The notes beneath the pieces are model-generated. The model saw nothing but the letters and a program-made list of their open reading frames with translations. It had not been told where the DNA came from and ran no database searches. A DNA stretch of 64,000 nucleotides from Vitrella brassicaformis CCMP3155 (lineage: Eukaryota > Protista > Chromerida). The stretch is from contig CDMY01000272.1 in NCBI GenBank assembly GCA_001179505.1, positions 76,613 through 140,612 of the forward strand. Direction: 5' to 3'. This document shows positions 13,003 to 24,629 of the stretch, piece after piece (position 1 is the stretch's first letter; each line of letters starts with the position of its first letter). Both the position numbers and the translations under genes were made by a program.

Positions 13003-13415
13003 CTCAATCACACCAGCAGCTGCAGCACCAAGGCAGCCGCACCCGGCCTACTACACGGACTTGCACGCGCCACACAGCGCCGTTCGAACTTCCGAGGCGA
13101 AAGCACTGCCCGCCGACTCGCCGGCCGCCGCTGTGACACTGATGCGCTCACGAAGGAAGTTGTGTGTGACTTTTGGACACAGTTGGGGTCCGCAGACAGC
13201 CCTGCAACGCTCACGAAGGCGCTCGTCGTCGCAAAGCCGAAAAGGGGAGAGAAAGGGGTCGACTGGCAGCTCGCAGAAGGAAGGAGAGGAGAAAGAGGGG
13301 GAGGAGCGACGCATTTGCAGCTGCAAGAAGGCGGCGGGTGAGATTCACTCGAAGATCTGTCATTTTAACGAAACACATGTGTGCACCCTGCTGTGTTCAG
13401 GTGTTTCATCTACGA

Positions 13416-14543
13416 TGGCCAGCTCGTCAGCGGCGGACAAGCCAAACCAGGTAAGACCATGGCACTGGCAGGAAATCGTTGATGTTGAACCTGTGTGCTC
13501 TTTCTGTCTGTGTCAGAATTCACTGCGCTGTGCTCTCGTGGTGGACGGAGCGAACTTCATTTTGGGCTGGCACGGCTACCAGAGGCCGAAAACCGACAAG
13601 GTCAACATGCCCTACCAAGTGTTCGAGCACCACATCACGCGAATGATCAGCGACTTCCAAGACAAGACCGGGCGCACAATACAGCTGGTGGACGGGCACG
13701 TCACGTTCGTCAATGCGGATCCTGTTCGGCGCATGGATCGCCTCGAGGAATTCCTCTCTAGCCGCTACAGAGGCGATGAGCTTGAGACTCAGCTGAAATG
13801 GGCGAGGAATGACAAGAACAAGCTCATTCAGCTTCACAACCAAATTGCTGGCAAGAATGCCCGATATCCCTTCCAAGTAAAGCTGGTGGGCCTCAAGCCG
13901 AAGAGCCTCAAGCAGTCGGGAGGGGATACGCTGATCGCCGCGTGCCTGACGAAAGCGGCGATGGACAAGGGCGTGAACGGTGTGATACTGTTCAGCGGCG
14001 ATGGGGACTTCTGCCCCGTCCTGAAGATGATCAAAGAAACAATCTTACCCTTAACCACCACCACCACCACGGAAACTGTCCCTGATCCGAAGGTGTTCTT
14101 TGTCGCGTCGTTCGCCGCTTCACTCTCGTAATACATACTAACCCTCAGCACGCATGAGCGCCTGTTCGTGTGGTGTACGATGCTTTCGGTGTGTTTTCTG
14201 CAGTGACGAGCTGAGAAAAGAAGCGCTCATCGTGCACGAGATCCACAAGGATGACGTGGCACCTACATCGATGCCGAGGCCTCAGCGAACTTGGCCCAGA
14301 CACCAGACCCGCGAGATAAAGCAGTTCACGTTGATGGCGAGTTGGGGAGGTGCAGACGCATGTGAGGAAGAGGTCGGGGATGGCGCAGGCCTCCCTCTTA
14401 ATGAGACGGAAGATGACGATGAAGATGGAGAGGGAGGCGTGGTCACTCTTGATCGAAATATGCCCTGTGACAACATCATTGTTGACCCTGACATGCCCTG
14501 CTGTGACGACTTCTATTTGTTTTTTGGCTCAGCTTGGAAGTAG
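13416..14543 (+). CDS. NYN-domain (LabA/DUF88, PIN-like) putative ribonuclease; 3' end uncertain
   Basis: Motifs VVDGANF, KQSGGDTLIA, VILFSGDGDF and VFFVASF..SLSDELRKEA, followed by an acidic tail. Introns at about 13451-13517 and 14129-14203. Confidence 0.85.
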
Positions 14544-15162
14544 GTAGACGTAGGTGTTGGTCACATCATCCCGAGAAGAGGCAAGGACGAGTCATATCTT
14601 TTGCTCAAGTGTAGAATATGTGTGTGTGGTCGAGATGATCTGAGGGCTGTCTTGTATTGAGGAGTGGGTATTTGGGGCTGTGGGGAGGTGGACTGCCATA
14701 CCCTGTGGGCTGCGAGTGTGATTGGATCACCAATTCGTCATGTTATGTGATAGAGTGCATCCTGAAGAGAGGCTTGTCTTCTGATCGATCAAATGTCTCC
14801 GAATGTCTGGAGGGACGATGAGCTTGGAGAGGGAGGGGCTTTGTATTTTGCTTTGTGCTCTTTTGCACTGCGCCGATCCGATATGTGCGGAAGTTGGCAA
14901 TTGCGTCGTCGATGGGGACAATGTTGATGATGCATGGCACTGTCTCGACTACTTGTTCAATCAATTGCAGTGGTCCATTCCATCCGGGCAGCTCATGCGC
15001 CATGCAGCAGACGTCACAACCACCACAGCCAACACGTGGACACAACACTCACTCACTCCTTATGCAGCACCCAGCCCAGTGAAGCCCCATATCCTACGCA
15101 CATCCACATCCCCGAATACCATCAATCCATCCTACTCCCTCCCCTCCCTCCCCTCTAGTGCG

Positions 15163-18100
15163 TCAGTTGTATGCCGCCCCGCCCCCCTCAGGCATGTTCT
15201 CTATCGGCGGCACCACCCGTGCCCTCTTCCCCCCCTCGCCCCCTAACGCCTCACTCAACATCTGGCCCGTCTCGCCCATCCCCTCTACCTTGCCCTCCTC
15301 CTCTGCCACTGCTGGCGGCATCTGCGTCGCATCGAGCTCGTCGGCCATCAGGGGCTGCTGCTGCTGCTGCTGTTGCTGCTGCTGGCCGGCCTCCTCTGCG
15401 CCCTGGTCGACCTTGGCTGTCACCTCCACGGCTACGGCGTCCTTGTCTGGGATCTGGCCGTCGTACGGCGGCATCGTCATGGGGATGTCGAAGCACCCGT
15501 ACGTCAGCAGGCGATACTCATCCGACTACAGGCACGCACCACACACACACACGCATTCATCCAAGGGGAAAAGGATAAAAGAGAGAGGGGGAGAATGCAG
15601 GGGACCTACCTTGATGTAGACGGCGCTGGCGATTGCGAATGTGGCTAGGAATGCGGGCCAGTCGAGGTTGGGTTTGGGTCGTGCTGTGCGGCGGCCTGAC
15701 GGCTCCTGCTTCTGCAGTGCTGCGGCCGTCCAGCTGCCGCGGGACGTCGAGAGGTCGGGCGGCGGGGGAGGCGGGTTGAGGGAGAAGTGCTCACAGATCG
15801 ACTTGAAATCCTCACGCACCTGCACACACAACACGACCCACACACATGACATGACATGACATGACATGACATGAGGGAGGGAGGGAATGGCGGGCGTGGC
15901 GTGACCGCTCACCTTCTCAATGGGCACGTGTGCGAGTACGAAGGCCGGGTGGGCGGCGAAGTTCATCTTGCCCAGCAGATCCTCTAGCGTGATGGCCACA
16001 TTGGCCCCCTCACCACCACCACCCCCCTCCCCGCCCCCCTGCTGCTCGTTGCTATCAGCCCATCCCTCAGCACTTGGTGCCGGCGACCCGGTGGCCGCCT
16101 GCCAGGCCTTCTGCGTCCACTCCATGCGACGGGTGCTCATCCCGCCCTGAATGAGACACGCATGTGGTATGGGTGTGTGGGGGAGGAGGGAGGGGGAGGC
16201 TGGTGCATGGTATGTACCTGGAGCATGTCGAAGAAGGGTCCGTAGTGGAAGTGCCCGTCCATGTCAGCGTCGAAGGCCGAGAAGATGATGTCTCGCTCCA
16301 CCGGCGTCAGGCCCAAACTCATCACGCGACACAGACGATGCCAATCCGACTTGGTCAGCACCTACGGACACACACACACACACACACTTACGGCCCGTGC
16401 ACCGATCCTTCCTCGCCCCGCACTTGAGCGTACCTGTTTGCCGAATCCGTCGTACTTGTCTACAGCAGCGAGTAGGTTCTTCCACGGCTGCAGCAGCCGC
16501 GTCTGCGCCAGTCGGCCCCGCAGCCGACGGCAGATGAGCTCCAGGTTGTTGGAGAACACGTCACCAAACGCGAAGGTCAGGAACGACTTGGTCTGCACCC
16601 ATCCCATGCAGCACATCCATCCATCCATCCACTTGTTGGCCCGCCCCTTCCCCCAGCTCACAGTGGGCGACTGGCGTGCGTCAGGTGCTCCCTCTAGGAC
16701 GGGCAGGCGCAGGAATCGGCCGTATGAGCGTGGCGAGGGCGGGACGTCGATGTTGCGCGGCTGTGGGCCGGGGTGGTACGGCGGCTGGGGGTAGTCTTTG
16801 GGCAGCGTCTTGCCGGTGGGCGGGGTGGTGTCATAGAGGAAGGGGTGCGGCTTGGCGTAGTACTGGTTGTCATCCTTGAACAGCTGCCGGTCGTAGATGT
16901 GCTCCTCGGCTGCACACACAAAGAGAGACCAGCAATGGTCATCCTGCTTATGTGTGTGCGTGTGTGGATGGTTGTTGGTTTGGGTCGTACGCTTGCGTGG
17001 CGGGTTTGGCGGCTCGCGTGCTGTGGGTGGTCTGAGTGCATCGTCCTCCTCCTCCTTGGCCGCCTCAGCTAGGTCCAGGTCAGGATCTACCAGCCCCCAA
17101 CAACGGCTAACCATCGCTGAACCACAGACCACAAGCCACACAACACACAACACACACATGGGTTGGTTGTCGGTTCGTGTGTGTGTTGTGTGTCGTGTGT
17201 GTGTGCGGCAAAGGTTACTGTTGAAGTATGCATCATTCTGGTCGTCGACGAGTGCACTGACGACCGAGTAGTACTGGATCCAATCGGCCCCGGTCACCAT
17301 CACGTCGGCATCGTCCACACCACACACGCGATCGCCGCCGTGCTGACACACAGAGGGAGAGACAGGGGGAGGAGGAGGAGGAATGCATGTGTGTGTATGT
17401 GTGTGTGTCGGCGGGCACTCACCACGGCGGCAATGAATTTGGTGATTGATGTCTCGAACTCCTTGGCGATGAGCTCCGCCTCCGCCCGGCCCTGATCGAC
17501 CAGCGGATGGGCGCCGGCCTGCAACACACAGACACACACACATCCATCCATCCATCCAGCCAGCCACAGACATACAAGAGCTCTCTCCACTAGACGAGAG
17601 GCAACCAACGGACCTGGAAGTTGTGTTTGATGACGCTGAGTGGTATCTGTCCGCCGGCCCTGCCCCCCATCTCGTCCCGGTCGAGGGCGTGGAAGGCGCA
17701 CTCGACCATCACACGGCGAGCCGGCTTGATCGGACCCCACAGAACGGCCAACAGCCTAAGGAAATGACAGACAGACACGTGTCGCATGGACGGATGTGTG
17801 TGTATGTGTGTGGATGTGTGTGTGAGGGTCGGTGGTTTACTTGGTGACGGGTACGAGGGCGATGGGTTTGCCAGCGACTGTGTGTGTGTGTTTGGCGATG
17901 GACGTGTCGGCGAAGAGGGCGGCCTCCTCGGAGGGGCTCGCGTGGAGACCACACTGGACACACGCACGACGAAACTCTCCCATGTCTGAACCAAACACAC
18001 AGACACAGATACAGATACAGATACAAGGAAAGGAATGATCGGCCCTCTATGTGTGTGTGTGTGTGTTACCGATGTGGTCGTCATGGTCATCATCGGCCTC

Positions 18101-21043
18101 TATGAACGCCTGCACCACTTCCACCGCCGCCAACAAACCCCGACTTGCTGGACAACACACAGAGACAGAGGGAGAGAGACACACACGTCGTTCAACTGGT
18201 TACGTATGAGTAGCTGTGCCCCCATCTGTTTTGCCTACCTATGTTAGCTCTGATGCGCTGGAACGTCTCGGCCAGGTCGATGGCCGACGTGGGCGCACGG
18301 TACTCAACTGACGGACACACACATCGACATGAGAGCAGATGGCTCTGCAAGGATCACGCCCCCCATCGCCCACCCACCCACCGGTCTCATGCATTGTGTC
18401 CTGGTGCCAGTGGTGCAGATCGACACGCTGCCGAGCCTGCGTGCCCGCAGCAGGACCTAACCACACACAGTGAGTCGGTGCAATGCATTGGTGTGTTCCG
18501 CGGCCAATCCCATTGATTGACCTCACTCACCGGCAGCCGGGTCGACTTTGAGTGCGCTGTCGAAGGCGATGGCCGGCTTGTCGAGGTCCCACACACGCGT
18601 CACCAACTCTATCATATCACCGTGCCTGACACACACACACACACACAGATCCATAATGAGACACAGGGTGTGTGTGTGTGGGTGGGTGTGTGGGTGTTAC
18701 TTGTAGTAGTATCCGGCGATGAATTCGTTGTAGGCGATGAACTCCTCCCATGTCACCGTCTTGTTGACGTTGCGAGCGGCCGAACCGGTGCCACGCTGAA
18801 CACATACACACAGAGACCATGATATCACGGCAATCGATGGGTGTGCAATCGTCTTACTCGGTAGTTGAGCACGCCCTGCAGCGACTCCACTGCAAACGTC
18901 ACACACACACACGCATATTGTGTATGTGGGCTTATTGGGTCTCTCCGTATTGTATTGTGTGTATGGCTGTGTACCGAAGTCCTTGAGGGCCCTCTGCTCC
19001 ACACCCTCCTGGCGATTCGCTGCCACCTGACCCCACACACACAACACACAACACACAACACACAACACACGAAATGGCATCTTTCCCTGCCAGGTATGTG
19101 CGTGTCGGTATGGCTATGTCAGGCCACCTGTGGGTGTCTGGCGGCATTGTACAGTCGTATGATGTCGTCCATCGGCACAACCTTCTCGCCCTCAACCATC
19201 TCCTGAGGCACACACACACACACACAGACAACACAACCAAGAACACCACTTCTGCGAATCCGTGTGGCTGNNNNNNNNNNNNNNNNNNNNNNNNNNNNNN
19301 NNNNNNNNNNNNNNNNNNNNNNNNNNNNNNNNNNNNNNNNNNNNNNNNNNNNNNNNNNNNNNNNNNNNNNNNNNNNNNNNNNNNNNNNNNNNNNNNNNNN
19401 NNNNNNNNNNNNNNNNNNNNNNNNNNNNNNNNNNNNNNNNNNNNNNNNNNNNNNNNNNNNNNNNNNNNNNNNNNNNNNNNNNNNNNNNNNNNNNNNNNNN
19501 NNNNNNNNNNNNNNNNNNNNNNNNNNNNNNNNNNNNNNNNNNNNNNNNNNNNNNNNNNNNNNNNNNNNNNGGGGGGGGGGGGGGGGGGGGGGCAAGGCGG
19601 TTTTCCCTACAGTGAGGCGACGGAAGGCCTCGCGCACCACATCCCACACGGCCTTGCTCAGAGCAGCCTGCAGCCAACCGATCCATCCATCCATCCATCC
19701 GTATGCGTGTGCACGCCCTCTGCCTGGCCCCCGGCCATCCTCCCAGCCACCCACCTTGAGCTCGGCGATGAGCAGGTCGTATGCGAAGGAGCCGCTGTGA
19801 TGCGGGGCGCGGAAACGAGTGAACAGCTGCACATACAGAACCCACACACACGTCCGTCCTGCCTGTGTATGTGTCTGATATGGTGTAGTTGTGTGCCAGT
19901 TTGGTGTCATCTGAGTCGATTTCGAGCCGTGCGACGGTGCCGCGGCGCAGGACCACCATCAGGTCTTGCAGCGATATCATGCGGCTATCTGAACGACCCA
20001 TACACCCACAGCAACGTACACACACACGCACACACACACTCCCTCCCCCCTCCCCCCTCCCACCCCCAGGCCCTGGGTGGGTGTGTGTGTTCTCACTTGC
20101 TACGTCATGGTCTGTGAACTCCAGGGCGAAACGCACCAACGCATACGGATCCTGAGGGACAGGACAGGAAACCGCACACAAGGATGCAGACACCCTTTCC
20201 TGTGTGTCATGTACCGCCCGTACCTACCGTATCGGCTATGTAGTCCTTCATCCTCTGCACCAGCTGGTCTGCCGCAGGGATGGAGGCCGTGTCCAGCTTG
20301 GCCTCCCCCACAGATGGGCCACCCGGCCTGCAAACAACGACACACGCAAGGACGCATCCTCTCAGGTCAGGTGTGTGCGTCGTGCAAGATATGTCGCATC
20401 CTCTCCCCACCACCCCACCCACCCCTGCAGTGTGGCGATCTTCCCCGTCTGCGCCAACTCGTCGCTGCCGCGGACCTTCCCACTGCAACCATGGAACCAA
20501 CACGTACACCGACAAAGGAGTGCGTGGTCTGGTGATGCATCCGATGTGCGCGGGCAGTGCCTACTGTACCTGCAGAATGCGACAGCGAAGTCGCGGTACG
20601 GCATGGCAGCGCTGACATCGCCCCCGGCATACCGACTGAAGATCTGCTGCATCACCTGCACAGACAGATGGCCATGGAACAAACCAAACCGCATAACATA
20701 CCAGGCCTTCCCTGCGCCATCTCTCCCCTCTCCTCTCCTCTCCTCTCCTCTCCTCTCACACACATGGTCTGGCAGATGTCCAGCGTACGGCTCCAGGCTC
20801 TTCTTGAACCTCGCGAAGTCGCACCGGCCAGTGTCCCCAAGATCATGGTACCTGGGGGCGATTGGAAGCCACATGAAGCTCATTTCCATCCATCTCCGTC
20901 CAGATCTCTCCGTTTCCCCGTGCCCTCGTCACCCACTTGAACAGTTTGCCGACGAATGCCGCGGGAGCGGCGGGGTTGGCCGCCCGCTGCACCAGTCGGC
21001 TGAGCAGCTCCTCCTCAACACGATTTAGGTCCTTCGCGTCCAT
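15163..21043 (-). CDS. Calcyphosin-like multi-EF-hand protein with at least two calcyphosin modules; more than 20 exons
   Basis: Module 1: VREAFRRLT|EMVEGEKVVPMDDIIRLYNAARHP...VTWEEFIAY. Module 2: LWGPIKPARRVMVECAFHALD..HNFQ|AGAHPLV...WIQYYSVVSALVDD..DAYF..MVSRCWGL. Further EF-hand-like segments are DLGDTGRCDFARF and FDADMDGHFHYGPF. Confidence 0.75.
19271..19570. other. Assembly gap (300 N) within a calcyphosin-like gene intron
   Basis: N run followed by a G-tract; the flanking exons join as AFRRLT|EMVEGEK. Confidence 0.99.
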
Positions 21044-21157
21044 TCTACGCCACGAGCCGGAGCCATGTAAATTTGTTTGGCGTTTCATTCTGACCCTGGC
21101 CGAATCGCGAACGATGAGATTTGTTTGAAGCGCTTTTTCTCGGGATCATCAAACATC

Positions 21158-24100
21158 ATGCTGCACACGTTTTCATACCAGAGGCCTCCGCCACCCGCCC
21201 CCGTACCCGAATGGCCGCAGGTGAGAATAACACACACAGATCTCATGATGGCGGTGGCACACGTGGAGGATGCAACCATCTCTCTCTCTCCTTTGCCTGG
21301 ATCTCTCTCTTTTCCGTTCATTTCAGCGTCAGATCGGCCTCTCGTCCGGTAGCCATCCCACGCCGCCGCCCAATGCGCCGCAGCAGACGTCATCCACCGG
21401 CCAGATCCCAGATCCCACCGGTCAGCAGGGAGCCGGAGGCGGTCCCTTCCACCCCCGCATGCCCAACACGCACTCGGCGCTCTTCGGGCTCCGCCCTCCA
21501 CGCCCACCAATGCCCGAGGGCGTGCGCCCACCCGTACCTGCGGCTCATGGCGGTGGTATGCAGACCTTCGCGAATTCGCAGTCGTGGCGTCCGCCGCGTC
21601 CTGTGATGGTCCCTCCGCCCGCATCGCATCGCATGGCGCCGCTTAGCGCCACCAAACTCGTCCCCCCGCCGGCAGTGCCCAACGCTCCACGCGTCGCATC
21701 CATCCCGCAGACCTTGTCCATGCTGCCGGGGGTGTTCCGACCACCCCCTGCTGCTGCTGGTGGGGTAGTTGGTCCTTTTGGCGTACCGGGCCGCCCTGGT
21801 GGCCCAGGAGGACGGTTCACGCCAATGCCTATCCAGGCAGGGGGAGGGGGAGGGGTGACGGCCACTGGCGGCGGCATGACGGGTCAGGGAAAGGTGGGAG
21901 GTGAGGTAGTGAACGAGGTAGCCCGCTCGACGTCCGATCCGAACAAGGGCCCCCAGGGTCCGCAGGGTCAGCAGGGGGTCGGGGCGGTGCAGAGGGAGGG
22001 AGAGGGTGTGGTGGGCGGGAGAGAGGAGGGGATCTGTAGCGGTGTGGCCGGTGGGGTAGTGGGTCCGGCTGCTGGTGGTGGTGGTGTTGGGGGTATGGTG
22101 AGCACTTCGGTGCAGGAGGGGCGGCGACCCTTCTTCTACCCCACCACAGCTAACCCCCTGATCACGCCTGCCATGATACAGGTACCTACATGCGCACATG
22201 GGCCGGGCACACGGGAACGCATCACACACAGACACGTCCATCTGCATGGATCTGGGTGTGTTGGGTGTGTTGGGTGTGTTGTTGGTTCAGGCCCCTCTTC
22301 TCAAGTCGCATGCGTCACGTCCAGTGACCTCTCTGTCCCTCCAAGGGCAGCAGCTCACCACCGCCACCACACAGCAGCAGCACCAGCAGCAGCAGCAGCA
22401 GCCGCAGCAGCCACCCCCACAGCAGACACAAGACACTGCCACAGAGGACCACCATGCCACCACCGGCCCTCCCCACCTTCACCCGCACCCATGGCCGGAG
22501 GAGCCCGCCCTCTCCGTCCTGCCCAGTGACCCCCTGGCTAGAGAGGTGGAGAATCTCAAGACCGCCAAGTCGCTGGCAATGCAGAGCGAGAAATGGTCCA
22601 AACAACACCTACAGGGTGAGAAAGGACGCACACCACACGAGGGGGGCGAAAGAGGGAGGCCGGCCACTGGGGGCTCATATATCTGTTTCTGCTCTCTCTT
22701 GTTGTCTGTGTCTTGTGTGTGGGGGTTCAGAGCGCAACTCTCAGTTGTTCCGAGACCGTCAGGTGCACGGCCCCCGACGGACGGTAGCGGGCGGCGACGA
22801 TCCCCTCATCCATGGAGGGGGGGCAGGCGGTAAACACGAGACGGGCGGCACCTTCCTCACCTCGTTCACCCAACACCACCAGCAGCACCAGCAGCAGCCG
22901 CCCCCGTACACGGACGATTCGCCGTCCTTCCAGCCTCCACACCCACACCAGCAGCAGCAAGGCATGCAGCAGGGCATGGCCTTCGCCCCGCCCCCCGTCG
23001 TCCCTCCCAGCCATCCGTACCAGCAGCAGCACCACCAGCCGCTGCTCACCTACACCAACGCCGAGACGCAGTACGACCCACAGATGTACGGCACACTCGC
23101 CATGCAGGCGTCCACACACGCACCCCCACTCATCGAGAATAACTTCCCCGCACACGTGCCGGCCGGCTACCCATACGAGCAGCCCGTGCACGCGCCTCAG
23201 TACGAGCAGCAGATGGGCGAAGATGGAGAGATGGATGGAGGAGATGGGGCGGGAGGGGGCGGGGAGGGGCATGTGGTCAATGGCTTCGGCGTCGTAGATA
23301 GTGGTGCTGGTGTTGGTGGTGCTGGTGAGGCGCTGGCCAATGGGGTGCCGCTGGCACATGAGGGGGAGGGGATGGGCATGGGCATGATGGGCATGGGGGA
23401 GGGGGAGAGTGTGGAGCAGAACGCCCTGTTGGTCATGGAATTCTGCAAAGATAAGGTGGGTGGGTGACCGAACACATAAAAGGAGACCACACGGACACAC
23501 TGCTCACATCGCTTTTCCTTCCTCTCTTTGTGTGTGTGTGTGTTGGATCCATCCATCCATCAGTTGTCGCGTAGCGTAGTGCAGGAGTTGCGTCAGATGA
23601 AGCAGCCCCCCGCTGCCTCGCGCATCGTCCTTGAGACCCTCGCCACCCTCCTCTCGGTCCCCCTCACCGACACACGCCCCCTCGCCGTCCGCAAAGTGCT
23701 CGCCCTCCCCAACCTGGCCGACAAGCTCCACACCTTCGACCTCAACAGCGTCAAGAAAAAGGACTACCAGGCCATCCGCAGGAACCTGGCCAGCCACGAG
23801 TGGGACGAGACGGCACTCGAGACCACCAAGTTCGTCTTCCTGGCGCTCTGGGTGCGCGCCGTTGCCATGCTCCTGCAGACGCGCAAACACATGGCCAGCC
23901 CCCCCGTGCAGACCACTCTGACCTTCGAGCGGGCCATACGAGAGGCGACCATCGCCAAACACCCACTCGGCGAAAGTCGTGAGCAATGCCACCGTAGTCG
24001 TAGCAAGGAGACGGAGGGGAGGGGAGAGGGGGCGGGGCAGAGGGGGTCGTCAGTGCGGGGGGCGGAGGCCACAGTGACGAGTGGCGGTGGGAAGGTAGTG

Positions 24101-24629
24101 CTGAGTTTCGAGCCCGACCTTCGTGTGATGAGTGAGGATGAGAAGGGGGCGGTGATGGATTTGAAGATATCGCGCGAGGGAGTGGGCTCCATCCAGTTCC
24201 ACGGCATCACCGACTGCAGAGGAATCGACTTCGACGAGGTCAGCACAGTACACCTACCCCACCCACTCCATCACACAACGCACACACACACATCAATGCT
24301 CGTCTCATCTCTTTGTCTCTCTGTCTGTCTCTGTCTCTGTCTGTGTGTGTGGGCAGGTTGTTCGATTGGAGGTGGGTGAGGTGTTGGTGTACCCGAGCAA
24401 CAGCAGCGTGCGCAAGCCCGAGGTGGGGCACGGCCTCAACAGGCCGGCGACGGTGACCATGTACCAGTGCTGGCCGCCCCCCACGCAGCACGAGGGCACG
24501 CTGTCCGACACGGCCGCCATGGAGCGGTACCGCCGGAAGATCCAGCTCATGACGGAGCGCAAGGACGCCACCTTCATCGACTACTGCTGCCAGACAGGCG
24601 TGTGGAAATTCAGAGTCGAACACTTCTGA
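21158..24629 (+). CDS. Nup98-family autopeptidase (peptidase S59/Nucleoporin2) domain protein with P/G/Q-rich N-terminus and a dynein-stalk MTBD-like domain
   Basis: The C-terminus LKISREGVGSIQFHG...VVRLEVGEVLVYP...KPEVGHGLNRPATVTM...ATFIDYCCQTGVWKFRVEHF* is a clear S59 domain. The exon from 23564 reads LSRSVVQELRQMKQPP...KLHTFDLNSV...LALWVRAV. Confidence 0.85.

Noticed and set aside
12659-13415. N-terminal extension of the 490-aa ORF onto the NYN gene
   Set aside because: It overlaps kinase exons on the opposite strand and the promoter; the ATG at 13416 plus an intron explains the gene better.
14803-15246. 147-aa plus-strand ORF after the NYN gene
   Set aside because: No recognisable motif, and it overlaps the 3' end of the opposite-strand gene; it cannot be supported.
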